Source: Vicugna vicugna (Eukaryota). Taken from it: DNA of 64,000 nt. The notes under the pieces were generated by a model. It had not been told where the DNA came from and did not search any database. It worked only from the letters and a program-made list of their open reading frames with translations. The stretch covers positions 620,001 to 684,000 of the forward strand of contig MU061537.1 in assembly GCA_013265495.1 (NCBI GenBank). The letters run 5' to 3'. This document shows, in pieces, positions 1-11,782 of the stretch (position 1 is the stretch's first letter; each line of letters opens with the position of its first letter). Made by a program: the position numbers and the translations under genes.

Positions 1-507
1 CTGCTTGCCACATTTCATATAGCCCCCATGGATATATATGGGGTATCTCTTATCCTATTTATTCTCCACCAAAACCTGTTTTGCCTTCTTTCAGCCTGTG
101 TTTTGAGCTGAGCTCCTCCTTTGTCCGGCCTTAGATTACACCACTGACTCTCGCGGTCCCCTCAGGACTTACGTAAATGGACCTTCATAGCTGTAATCAG
201 TATGTTTACACTTAAGCGGCTATGAAGTGGGGATATGGTTCTCTCCGAATGGGCTGGAATTACTTTCTAGAACACCTTCACATAGCGCTTCCCAGCACTA
301 ACTACAGTCCGGTTAACGGCTGTGCAGCACGCTTAAGTTCACAGCCTTTCCAATTAATGACATTTACTCCTCTATGTCCCCACTCTTGTCTTCTCCCACT
401 TACTAACCTCAGTCAAACACCTCAGTCCACGCCTGCTTCCTACTGTCTCTCCTCCCTGACTCTTTCTCTCCCAGGCTTGGGTCTTCTGAAGTCTTTCACT
501 GACTCAC

Positions 508-674
508 CTGGAAAACCTCAGGCTGGCCCGGCTGCGGTGCTGCCGGCTGCTGAACGTGCTGTTCGTTAGAACTCGAACGGTGGTGAGGCTGCTGGCCCTG
601 CCACTGTGGCCAGACACCCACACCCTCTGCTGTTCGTGTCTGGAACTGTCCTGCAGTCTGTCCAGTCTCAGGAG
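508..674 (-). CDS. ARNT: ARNT exon 21, transactivation region ([56 protein letters not shown]); final exon outside window
   Basis: 167 nt within ORF 496..684; TAG| and |GTGAGT. Confidence 0.96.
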
Positions 675-1109
675 CTAGAAACACGAGGAAGAAGAAACAA
701 CTTCAATCTGCTAACTCCATGGAAAGGAGAAACTATTCCACAACTATGTGCAAGTCATTAATTTTATCTAGATACCTCCTGCCCCTCCTTCTGCCAATCA
801 AGGCCTCTTCTACTTCAAACCCTGGTCCCACATTAATTTTTCTTCTCTATGTACCCTTTCCAAAGAGTCCTTTGCTCATTTAGACTAGATTTGCATGTCA
901 TTAAATTTATAATACCTTACTTACTTTTTGTTATATGTGCTAAAGTCTTTTTCATGTGGGTAGGTTTTAAATTCCAAATGGCCTGTCACCTTGCATTTTT
1001 CCATAATTAGGTCAGTACATCCAGGACACAAACAAGCCATTTTAACTATCAAATCCTTTCTCTTTAGTGGTGTGATTTTCCTGTTACCCTCCTTTCAGTC
1101 AGAACTCAC

Positions 1110-1272
1110 TAAAGTTGGATCCACGACTGGCGAGACTCGGGTAGGCAGCAGCACCAGGAGATGCAGTGGAAGCACCAGGGAGGGACATGGGGCTGAAAGA
1201 GGATGGAGTCTGAAAGCTGCCTACACCAAACTGGGAAGAACGAGTCTTGGCTGTAGCCTGGGTAGCCACCTG
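1110..1272 (-). CDS. ARNT: ARNT exon 20 ([54 protein letters not shown])
   Basis: 163 nt; TAG|CAG tandem acceptor; TTA|GTGAGT donor. Confidence 0.94.
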
Positions 1273-1742
1273 CTAAAAGAAAGGGACAGAGAGCAAAGAG
1301 AACATGAACATATTGCACAGACCATTTTTATCAGAGTTAATCCCCATCAATCACTGGATTCTTTTGAGCCAAGCTCATTACTTATTTTCCACTGTACATT
1401 TCTTCCAATTAACTCCCAATTTCCCTTATTATTTTTAGGCACCTGTGATAAAGTGCAAAAAGCAAACAACTATGGGAGTAGTAAAAGTACACATTTAGAG
1501 TTGTGAGAATTAAGTGAAAATGACATAAATGAAAGGACTTTATAAATGGTAAAGTTATATAAAAACTAGATGCATTAATAACAGTACAGCATTTTATATA
1601 TAGAGAAAAAACACTGCATTATTTTATTACTCAGTCTGTACCACATTTATTCCTAATGATTTTTTTTTGGGGGGGTAACTAAACATTTTCCTCACTATTA
1701 CAGTAATGCATATGCACTGTGGAGTGTTTTCAAAACAAAGGA

Positions 1743-1876
1743 GTGGGGGAGGATATAGCTTAAGTGGTAGAGTGTATGCTTAGCATGCACAAGGCCCTGG
1801 GTTCAATTCCCAGTACCACCTCTATAAATAAGTAAACAAACCTAATTACCTCCACACACACAAAAATAATAGTAAA
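1743..1876 (+). mobile_element. tRNA-Ala-derived SINE (camelid vic-1-like)
   Basis: A box TAGCTTAAGTGG, CTTAGCAT anticodon-like loop, B box GGTTCAATTCC, A-rich tail; TSD CAAAACAAAGGA at 1731-1742 and 1877-1888. Confidence 0.85.
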
Positions 1877-2541
1877 CAAAACAAAGGAAAATAAAAAGGA
1901 AATAATCATCCACAATTCTACTACGAAAGGCTAATGGTTAACATTTTTGGATAATTTCTTCCAGTTTTTATTTTCCTATGCATTTTTAATACAGTGAGGT
2001 CATGCTGCATATAACAATTCTGGAGCCTTTGGTTCTGGTTTTAGTTTTTTATTTAAAATACTACTTACTCAAAATAAGTATATATCAACATACGAAAAGA
2101 CCTTAGCTTTAGCTTTACTATATATTATATATACACATATACATTGTATGAAGATTTTTCAACACAATTTTTTTTTGGTAAATAGACATCACTGTGTATA
2201 AATTAATAATTAAACTTCTCCTTTGTTGCTATATTTTATAGCCCTAATCAAAGTGGAAACTTCTTAGAATTTACTCTGAAACAAATCTGAAACTCAAACC
2301 TGCTCAAGATGTTCATGAGAAATTCTGATTTAAGGTGAATGTGAAAACCATAGACTCTGAGATACTTGGATTATCTACGGTTTTTAATTATCTGGCTGCT
2401 CCCAGTAAGGATAAAAATTGAAAGGCAGGGGAGCAGGTGTGGGGGGAAGGTATTTAAGACAGACAACAATAATTTTACAGATGGCAAAAAGCCTAACCAA
2501 ACAAAAAAATACACAAGGAACAGGCAGATGAGAAGGTTTAC

Positions 2542-2689
2542 CTGGGCAGAGAAGCCTGGGCGGGTGCTAGGGGTCCAAGCTGGGGCTGCTCCCTGGGTAG
2601 GATTGGAGTGGCGGGAAATCTGGGCCAACATTTGCCCTGCAGAAGCTGATGGCTGGACAATGGTTACAGGAGGGGCCAGACCACTATTT
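2542..2689 (-). CDS. ARNT: ARNT exon 19 ([49 protein letters not shown])
   Basis: 148 nt within ORF 2371..2703; TAG| and |GTAAAC. Confidence 0.96.
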
Positions 2690-3070
2690 CTAGGAGTGAA
2701 CAAATAACAAGGTTAAGGATTAAAAAGATGGGCTTATCATAGAATTTAGGAATCACAGGATAATCTAGTGCTATTCCTAGATTCCCTTGACTCCCTAGGG
2801 TAAAGGAAAACTTCGTAACAGAATCTGGAAAAGATGAGAAGGACTGACAGTCACACACTGATCAGGCCACACAGAGATGGGACCTAGAACATGGCAACAG
2901 GACAGGTACAAAGAAAAAGGAGGAAGAAAAGCAAAATTGTCTCATCCTAGGCCTACAGGTTCCACTGCTTTGTCTGAAATAGCCAGAGAAAGCTAGGGAA
3001 GAATAAACTTGGATTCAGTAACTGAATCCCTCAGTTGCCCTGTAAAGCAGCACACACATATGGGGCTCAC

Positions 3071-3173
3071 CTGAAATTCTCTGCCGGCCGGGGGGTAGGA
3101 GGGAATGAGCTGCCCTGGGAGAATAGCTGTTGGGTGGCAGGGACATTGCTGGAGGAGATGCCTTTACTCTGAT
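3071..3173 (-). CDS. ARNT: ARNT exon 18 ([35 protein letters not shown])
   Basis: 103 nt; CAG| and |GTGAGC. Confidence 0.95.
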
Positions 3174-3364
3174 CTGTGGACCAAAAGGAGTCGGGGGAGG
3201 GCCAGTCAAGGGGCTGCAGTATATTAGTTCAGCAAGTTCCTATTTACTCATGAGGTATTAGGATTAAGTGGAAATATGCTGGAAGACTACTGACTGGGCA
3301 GTTACAGGCCCATCAGCAAGTGATTAAAATGAGAACTTAAAACAAGAGTGAGGAAGAAACATAC

Positions 3365-3488
3365 CTGCATTGATGCTGGAGTAGATTTCTGAAAATCTTG
3401 GATCTCTATCCTGGGCAAACAGACCCTCTGACTTCTCAAGGGGCTTGCTGTGTTCTGGGCCTGTGGTTGTCACAGGCTGGACAGAAAC
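3365..3488 (-). CDS. ARNT: ARNT exon 17 ([41 protein letters not shown])
   Basis: 124 nt; CAG| and |GTATGT. Confidence 0.94.
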
Positions 3489-3613
3489 CTGTGGAATATA
3501 ATGATAAAAATAACCATGAAGTGACCCTAAAAGTCACATAAAGGCACATACACATTCCATCTGGTTCTGGGGGTATTTCTTAAGGAAATGCTCACCTTCA
3601 AAGACACACTAAC

Positions 3614-3686
3614 CTGGGAATGATTGTAGCCGGCTAGTCCATCTCTTCCTGGTACCACATCCAACTCTGTCTGCTGTTGCTGCTGC
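3614..3686 (-). CDS. ARNT: ARNT exon 16 ([24 protein letters not shown])
   Basis: 73 nt; TAG| and |GTTAGT. Confidence 0.95.
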
Positions 3687-3842
3687 CTAAATGTTAAAGA
3701 CAAGGAAAGAAACAGGAAAAAAGAATCTGGGGAAAAGGCTTAAAACAAACAAACAAACAAACAAACAAACAAAGTGGATTTGTAGCCTGCCACCCACCAA
3801 GGCTAGTCACTGCTCAATAAAGGATCTTCCACTATTTCTCAC

Positions 3843-3953
3843 CTGGGTGCCATCTGCCCTGAGCCCATCTCCAGGGATAAATTAGCTGCAGGACCTAGCT
3901 GTGGCCTCTGGATTGTATTGGACAGTGTAGGCCGTGGTTCCTGGCTGGAGTTC
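3843..3953 (-). CDS. ARNT: ARNT exon 15 ([37 protein letters not shown])
   Basis: 111 nt; CAG| and |GTGAGA. Confidence 0.95.
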
Positions 3954-3999
3954 CTGGGAAAATGGCGAGTAGAGAGAACAGAGGAAAAAAAAAAAATCT

Positions 4000-4300
4000 G
4001 ACTCTGACATAAAAATACAGATACATGCTACAACATGGGTGACCCTTAAAATATTACACTAAGTGAAAGAGGCCAGTCACAAAGGAACCACATAACACAC
4101 ATTTCCATTTATAAGAGACATACATTTCCAGTCATATAGAGCTTAGGGAGGATGACTGTTAATTACTACAGGACTTCTTTTGGGGTAATAGTTTTTTTTG
4201 TGTGGTAAGAGTTGTACAACTGTGACACACTGAAAAATTAAACACTTGAAATGGGTGAAGTGTATGGTATGTGAAATCTGTTAATAAAACTGTTTCTTAC
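4000..4300 (+). mobile_element. Old L1 3' end fragment (L1MB/MC-like)
   Basis: ATACATGCTACAACATGG...CTAAGTGAAAGA...CCAGTCACAAA, ending in AATAAA. Confidence 0.65.
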
Positions 4301-4371
4301 AAAGCTGAGAAAGACAGTTCAAACAGAAAAGAATCAATAATAGAGAAAGAAACTAACAACAGAGCGGATAT

Positions 4372-4593
4372 AGCTATGTTCTAAAGCAAACTATGGTCCA
4401 GGGGCCAAGTCCAGTCTATTGCTCACTCTTGTAAATAAAAGTTTACTGGAGCCCAGCCATTTCTGTTCATCTCATTTGTCTAGAACTGTTTTCAGGCCAA
4501 AACAATAGAACTGAGTAGCTGCAACAGAGACCATATGCCCCTCAATGCAAAGATTACTTACTATTCAGTCTTTCAGTTTGCAGATGACTGCTC
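4372..4593 (+). mobile_element. MER58A-like hAT-Charlie MITE
   Basis: GCAAACTATGG...GTAAATAAAAGTTTACTGGA...GCAACAGAGACCATATG resembles the MER58 consensus. Confidence 0.7.
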
Positions 4594-4678
4594 TAGGAAA
4601 AAAGTCTACCAGACTAGAGCAATAAACTGATGTATAAAACACCAGTGGTGTAGAAAGGGTTGAAATATAAAATTGAAA

Positions 4679-4872
4679 TACAGTTGATCCTTGAACAACA
4701 CAGGGGTTAGGGGCACTGTCTCTCCTAGTAGCCAAAAATTTGAGTGTAACTTATACTCAGCCCTCCCTATATGTGGTTCAATCCACAGGAGACCATGTAG
4801 TACTACAGTGTTTACTACTGAACAAAATCTGAGTGTAAGTGGACCCATGCAGTTCAAACTCATGCTGTCAAC
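4679..4872. mobile_element. TcMar-Tigger-derived MITE (Tigger2 family)
   Basis: TA-CAGTTGATCCTTGAACAAC end and GTGGACCCATGCAGTTCAAAC internal motif. Confidence 0.65.
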
Positions 4873-5084
4873 TAAACAAACCACTCACATCTCAGAACTG
4901 AGTTTCCAAGCTATTGTTAGTTAAAATTTTACTCTACGTGGATGAACTACCCCAAATTCTAAGAAAGTGGAAGATGAGGAACTAATGGTGTTTACTACTA
5001 GAAAAGTAGAAGAGAAAGAGGTAATTTGATGAGATTAAGCAAACTGGGCCCATGAGAAATCCCAACAATGGAAAAAAGTCTTTA

Positions 5085-5267
<183 letters not shown>

Positions 5268-7037
5268 TCAGTTGAAACCCATAAGAATTTCTCTTTACAC
5301 ATCTACAACCCTAAGATTCTTGTGTCACTGTCTGTAAAGTGACATTCTCTCGCAATGTCACATAACAAAACAACACGAGGAGTGAAAACTAAGTGACTAA
5401 ATAATGAACTATATTTATCATGTTTCTTCTCAGAGTTCCAAGTTATCTGACCACTCTAGTCAATGTTAAACACAAGTAAAATTTTATTTCCAAGAGAGGA
5501 AAGACTATGCTTCCTTCACTTCTCTTGGAAATTCCCTCAAAGATACAATCTAGACAATTTACTAGAAATTTGTTAAGTTTAGTGACACTGAATACAGCTT
5601 ACACATTGCCCCTCAGTCCTAGCTTTTTCCCCCTAGCCTGAGAATTTCTGGGTTTACAGCACCCATGTAGGTTTCTATAAATAAAACAGCTGACTTTAGT
5701 TTTGCTTTGCTTTTGTTCTTTAAAACAAAGTAATTTTAGATTATTTTAGTTTCTAATCTCATAGAATAGAAAATCTTTTGAATCCCCCTCCTTAACAACA
5801 ACAAAATAATAATATTAACAGCTAACATTTATTTTGTAGTTACTATATGTCAAGTACGAGGCTTGATATAGCCTAGTAGGCTATATATTTTCCTTCTTTT
5901 TTTTTTAAGGAACATCAACATTTAACATTATAAAAAAAGAAATGAGATATAAACACTTGCATTTAGACAATAGTAAGTGGTCTCTAATACATGTGCTCAC
6001 TGAATAACATGTACACAATGAACATCATTACATTTGTACACAAAGTACTGGATCTGAAAACCTGTTTATTGCTGTACATATGTATGCCAATGAAGTATTA
6101 AGCCCAGTAATTCAAAATACCTACACTTTAAATTGCTTTTTAAGATAACATTTGTGCTTAAGCTGATGGGAGTATGGTGGTAACTGTGGACATTACAATC
6201 TGACTAAGAAATAATCATAGCAGATAATGAGAAATACCTCACCTAGCAATAATGAAATGGCACATTTTAAACACATAAACAAAACTTTTAAAAAACAAAT
6301 GTGAAACAAACATGGCAATAATCAAAACGGGAAGGAAAAAAAACAAAGGAAAATAAGCTTCATTAGAAATCATAACTAAATTTATGTGTTAAAAAAGCAA
6401 AAAGAAATATAAATCTATCCAGACTTAAGAAATATCAAAATCTGGAAACCAACAACTGGTAAGCAGCTACAGCTCACACACTAAAAAGCACCTTTGCTTA
6501 TGCACTCGAATACCACAGCAGCAACTGACGTCAGAATTACAACCTTGAGATTAGCGAGTGTATTATATGATCCGTTAAAGTTGTTTTGGAACAAACATTT
6601 TCTAGAAGTGATTAGATAATATTCTGTGGCCGAAAGTGTCAGAATTATGAATTATAACTTCTCACGCTGCCAAATGACCATGTCCTCAGCTTTAAATGGT
6701 TTCAACAGATGTCAGAGTAATTCTTATAAGACTACATACACATACATGAAACGCGATCCTTCTAAGTAGACAGAACAGCTGACGCTGAGGAATCAGAAGC
6801 CAGAGAGACTTTTCACTGCCATTGATTTCCTCTAGAAGTTGGGCCACGTGCTTTAAATGCTTTATCTTATATACCCACTGTATCAGTAAAACCACTACTG
6901 AGGCTTAAAGAAGGAAATTAACCAGTCTAATTTAACGTTAAGAATTGCTACCTAAAACCAAGTCTGTCCTGAAATTAAATTTACCAGATGTTTTCAGGAT
7001 CTAGGGCCTGAAAATTGCCATTAAGAGTCAGCTTACA

Positions 7038-7169
7038 TAGTGGTACAGCATGTGCCTAGCAAGCATGAGGTCCTGGGTTCAATCCCCAGTACCTCCATTA
7101 AAAATAAGTAAATAAATAAGAACCCACTAACCACCCCCCAAAACAAAATAATAAATTAAAAAAAAAAAG
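7038..7169 (+). mobile_element. 5'-truncated vic-1-like SINE
   Basis: B box GGTTCAATCCC, poly(A); TSD AGAGTYAGCTTACA at 7024-7037 and 7170-7183. Confidence 0.85.
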
Positions 7170-7534
7170 AGAGTTAGCTTACAATTAAGAGCTAAGTCTC
7201 ACTTTTCTATAAAAGAACCATGAAATGAATTTTTATACTACTATCCACAGTTCAGTGAAGTGTAGAATATTTTAAATACTTTAAAGACAGCCCTTGGATA
7301 TAAGACAGTGAGTAGTCAAGCCAAAGAAAAATACCTTGAACATAGATTATCCATAGTTTCAAAATACTGGTCCTTTTCTGTCCCTTAAAACTACAAGTTA
7401 ACTACTAAAGAATGTAAAATTGCAGGGTGTGCCATAGTACTTGATTAATCAGTGGTCAGTAAATATTTGTGGAGTGAATATGATAATAGACATTAGATAA
7501 AAATATTTACACCCAAACCAAGGAAAAAAGTTAC

Positions 7535-7609
7535 CTGTTGGAAGCTGTCTCTTAGAAGCTGCTGGTCTTCAGGATGACAGAATTCTACAATATTCTTTCC
7601 TAAGAGTTC
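7535..7609 (-). CDS. ARNT: ARNT exon 13, PAS-B ([25 protein letters not shown])
   Basis: 75 nt; TAG| and |GTAACT. Confidence 0.97.
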
Positions 7610-7829
7610 CTAAGAGAGGAAAAGAAGAGTAAGATTGATACTTTCACGATCATCTAACTTTCCTGGCCCATCATCAGGGGACTTGAATTTTATTTCTCCT
7701 GTCTTTATCCCACGATTACAGATAAAAGTGGAAGGGGAAAAAAAGACAGAAACAAAAAAAGAGATGGAATCTGGTAAACAACTGACCTCCAGAGCACTTT
7801 TCTTTTTCAGGATACTATACACTTATTTT

Positions 7830-9460
7830 AATTTATTTTAATTGCATTTTTTACAGATTTGAGGTATAATTAGGTAAACCCACTCATTTCAAGTGAAAAA
7901 TTCTAATTTGATTATCATAATGAATTTATATAGCTGTACAACCATTACCACCATTGTTTGAAAACATACTCATTGCTCCCAAAAGTTCCTTTGTGCTTGT
8001 TTGTAATCAATCCCTGCTCCCAATCCCTTAGCCAACCACTGATCTGCTTTCTGCTTTAGTTTTGCCTTTTGTATAATTTCATATAAATGGAATCATACAA
8101 TGGGTAGACTTTTGGGTCTGGCTTCTTTCATCAAACATAATACTTTGAAGTTCATCTATTTTGTTCCATGTATCAACAATATAGTCCTTTTATGGCTCAG
8201 CAGCAGTCTAACATGGATATACCACAGTGTGTATCCATTCACTAATTAATGGATATTTAGACTATTTCCACTTTTTGGCTATTATGAATAATACAGCTAT
8301 GAACATCTGTGTACAAATCTTTGTGTGAACATATGTTTTCATTTCTCCTGGGTAAATACCTAGGAGCGTAACTGCTAAGCTGTAGGATAAGTGTAAGTTT
8401 AACTTCTTAGGGAATTGCAGAAATGTTTTTCCAAAGTAGCTACACCATTTTACTTGCCTACCAACAGTGTATGAAGGTTCTGTTTCGCCATGTTCTTGCC
8501 AATACTTTTTTTTTTCTTTTTTTAAAGTTGTTTTTTGAGCAGGTGGAGAAGTAATTAGGATGGATGGATGGATGGGATTGACTGATTGATCGATTGATTT
8601 ATTTCTTTATTTTAGGGATTGAACCCAGGACCCTGTGTACACTAAGCACACACTCTACCACTGCACTATCCCTCCCGACTCTTGCCAATACTTTTTGATC
8701 ACAGCCATTTTAGTGGGCATACAGTGGTATCTCACTGTGGTTTTAATCTGTACTTTCCTAATGATTACTGATGATGAGCATCTGTTTATGTGCTGTTCAT
8801 ATTTCTTCTTTGGTGAAATGTCTATTTAAATCTTGTGCCCCACCCCCCTTTTTTTTACTGGCTGTTTGTCTTAATGAGTTGTAAGAGTTCTTTATATATT
8901 CCGGACACAAATTCTTTCTCAGATATACGCTTTATAAATATTTTCCCCCAGTCTGTGGCTGGTCTTTTCACTTTCTTACTGATGCCCTTCTAAGAGGGCA
9001 AATTTCAACTTTTATGAAACCCAACTTATCAAATTCAACTTTTTTCTTTTGTGACTCATATTTTTAGTGTCATATAAAAGATCTCTGCCTAACTCAAGAT
9101 CACAAAGATTTTCTATTTTCTTCTAAAAGTTTTATAACTTTAGCTCTTCCACCTTTACATCTTTGAGTTGATTTTTGCATATGGTGTGAGGTAAGAGTCT
9201 ACATTCTTTTTGTTTTGTTTTACACATGAACATCCAATTGTTCCAACACCATTTGTTGAAAACGTTTCTTTTCCCCTTGAATTGTCTTGGCATCTCTGTT
9301 GAAAATCAAATGACCATAAATGTGAGAACAGACTCTATTCTAGTCTATTGATCTATATAACTATCCCTACTTGAATACCACAGCGTCTTGATTACAACAG
9401 CTCTATAACACATGTTGAACCAGGCAGTATAAATGCTCCAACTTTGTTCTTTTTCAAGAT
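7830..9460 (-). mobile_element. L1 (L1MB-like) 3' ORF2/3'UTR fragment in intron 12
   Basis: Typical antisense L1 motifs (ATAAATGGAATCATACA, CCAACACCATTTGTTGAA). Confidence 0.85.
8510..8680 (-). mobile_element. vic-1-like SINE nested in an L1
   Basis: GGGATTGAACCCAGG (reverse B box), (GGAT)n/(GATT)n tail; TSD TCTTGCCAATACTTTT on both sides. Confidence 0.8.
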
Positions 9461-9938
9461 CTGTTTTTCACCAGCTTAGCCTCTTCACACAGCCACAGTC
9501 AGAAGTCTCTCCTGACCACCATAATTCTGAAAGTTTATATAATGACATTTCTCAACTCAGATATAGTTACCTGGTCTGCTGAATGAGGTATCTAAATAAA
9601 TCATATTAACTGATGCTAAATATACATATTTTCTGGGTTACTATGCATCTAGATGATGACATGAATTATCCAAAAGTAGTCATATCATTATAACGAATTA
9701 CGATGAGCACTTTTGCATCATCATCTGTATTAATATCAAAAACAAAGAAGAAATACATATTTGTACATGCTGCTCCCACCTGGTTTCACAAGCCACATAT
9801 TTATAGATAGATCAGATAATAACCTTGATAGAAAGTTAAGAATAAATTTAGCCATTGACAGAATAGGATTGTATCTTTTTCTGAGCTGGGACTGATATAT
9901 TTTGGCTACCTCTGGAATTACATGATTGAATAATCTCA

Positions 9939-10208
<270 letters not shown>

Positions 10209-10800
10209 TTAGGAATTTCTAAACTTTCACATCTCATCCAGAAATGAAAAAATGATAAATCACAGACAGGGCACGAGGCCTAGCTCCACTCCCACACATG
10301 CATCCTTTACCAACTTTATAAAGGAAGATAAAAATTCATTCAACCTAAAACCCACCTACTTTCATGTAGGTAGGCTGTGTTCATTATTCACAGATTAGGA
10401 AATTATAGTCCCATCTAACCAAGGAACATCTATTTTTATAAAGAGGATCAAAATAATTCCACTTCTATATTGTTAGTCATGTAATGATAAAATAAAAAGA
10501 TCTCTCTTCTATTGTATATGGGCAAAAGAAATTTGTTGGAAACAGAAAATTCAGCATTGCAAAGTTAATAATATGAAAGAGGAAAAGTCCTCCCTCTCAC
10601 TCTCTCACACTATTCAGCTTCTGCTAAATCCAAAAGAAGCAACATTAACTATGAATGCCACATTCTTCCAAATATTTGTAGTTTTACAGAATTCATCATT
10701 TGTATTTAGAGTAAAAGATAAAAAATAGAATGAACACATCCTGAAAGAGATTTCCTCTCATTGAAAAGGTGTGATATAGACATGGAAAATCCATACTTGC

Positions 10801-10877
10801 CTGCAGTCTGCCAATGGCCACCAGGCAAAACTTGCTCCCCTGGCCAGCCTCTGGGTCATCATCTGGGAGGGAAACAC
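10801..10877 (-). CDS. ARNT: ARNT exon 11 ([26 protein letters not shown]), followed by a GC-AG intron
   Basis: 77 nt; AAG| acceptor; donor CAG|GCAAGT. Confidence 0.96.
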
Positions 10878-11618
10878 CTTCAGGAAGGTGAAGTTAAAAG
10901 GTTTAACAAGGATCTCAAACTCAATTGCCTTCAAAAGTCAAAAATGTAAAGATTAAACAACCCAAAGAATTTATCATATATATCAGGTACTGTTTTAAGT
11001 ATTTTTTTATATATATTAACTCATATATTTTACCCACATTAATCATAATAAAGTGCAGAGTACAGGTCCCACCCAAAGTATTCTAAAAGACCATGCTGGC
11101 CAAACCAAATACATATGAAGATAATCATCCATTCTGTGACCATATCATAGGCAGAGAACAGATGTCTTGCCCAACCTGTGACTTTTAAAGTAAGCAAACA
11201 ACCAAAACTGAAATTAAACCAAACACCAATAGTTATTTATGTCCTCTGGAAAAAAGAAGCAAGTGCTTCCATGTTTTATGTGGAAAGGAAGAAGGCTGCA
11301 TTTTCTCTCCACTCTTTGCATAATTATCTTTTTACCAAGAAAAATAGGATTTCTTTGAGAGTTACACAGAAATATAAAAATCATGTATACCTCAAATGCA
11401 TGGTTTATACAGCATATAAACTAAAAAGTTCAAAAATCATTACAACTTAAAATTACTTTTTCTTAATTACATTTACTTAATTAAATCATTTATTGGGTGC
11501 CTACCATATGCCAGGCACTAGGCTAGGTGCTTTTCTTACATTTAGTCTACTCATCATAGTAACTCTATAAGGGATATAATATCTCCAAATTACTAATGAG
11601 AAAATTGAGGGCTTTTTA

Positions 11619-11782
11619 ATTTTTTTTATTTTTTTTAACATTTTTTATTGATTTATAATCATTTTACAATGTTGTGTCAAATTCCAGTGTTCAGCACAAT
11701 TTTTCAGTCATTCATGGACATATACACATTCATTGTCACATTTTTTTCTCTGTGATTTATCATAACATTTTGTGTATATTTC
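11619..11782 (-). mobile_element. Lineage-specific L1 extreme 3' end inserted in a MIR
   Basis: Reverse complement of the L1 3' end at 32660-32810; poly(T); TSD TGAGGGCTTTTT. Confidence 0.8.

Noticed and set aside
991..1506. 171-aa plus-strand ORF (and 222..569, 2366..2707)
   Set aside because: Antisense shadows of GC-rich ARNT exons, mostly with non-ATG starts and no recognisable domain.
1746..1820. tRNA-like sequence
   Set aside because: Has a SINE tail and TSD, with multiple diverged copies in the window; not a tRNA gene.
6526..6533. Second TGACGTCA in intron 13
   Set aside because: Isolated 8-mer inside the putative insert with no promoter context.
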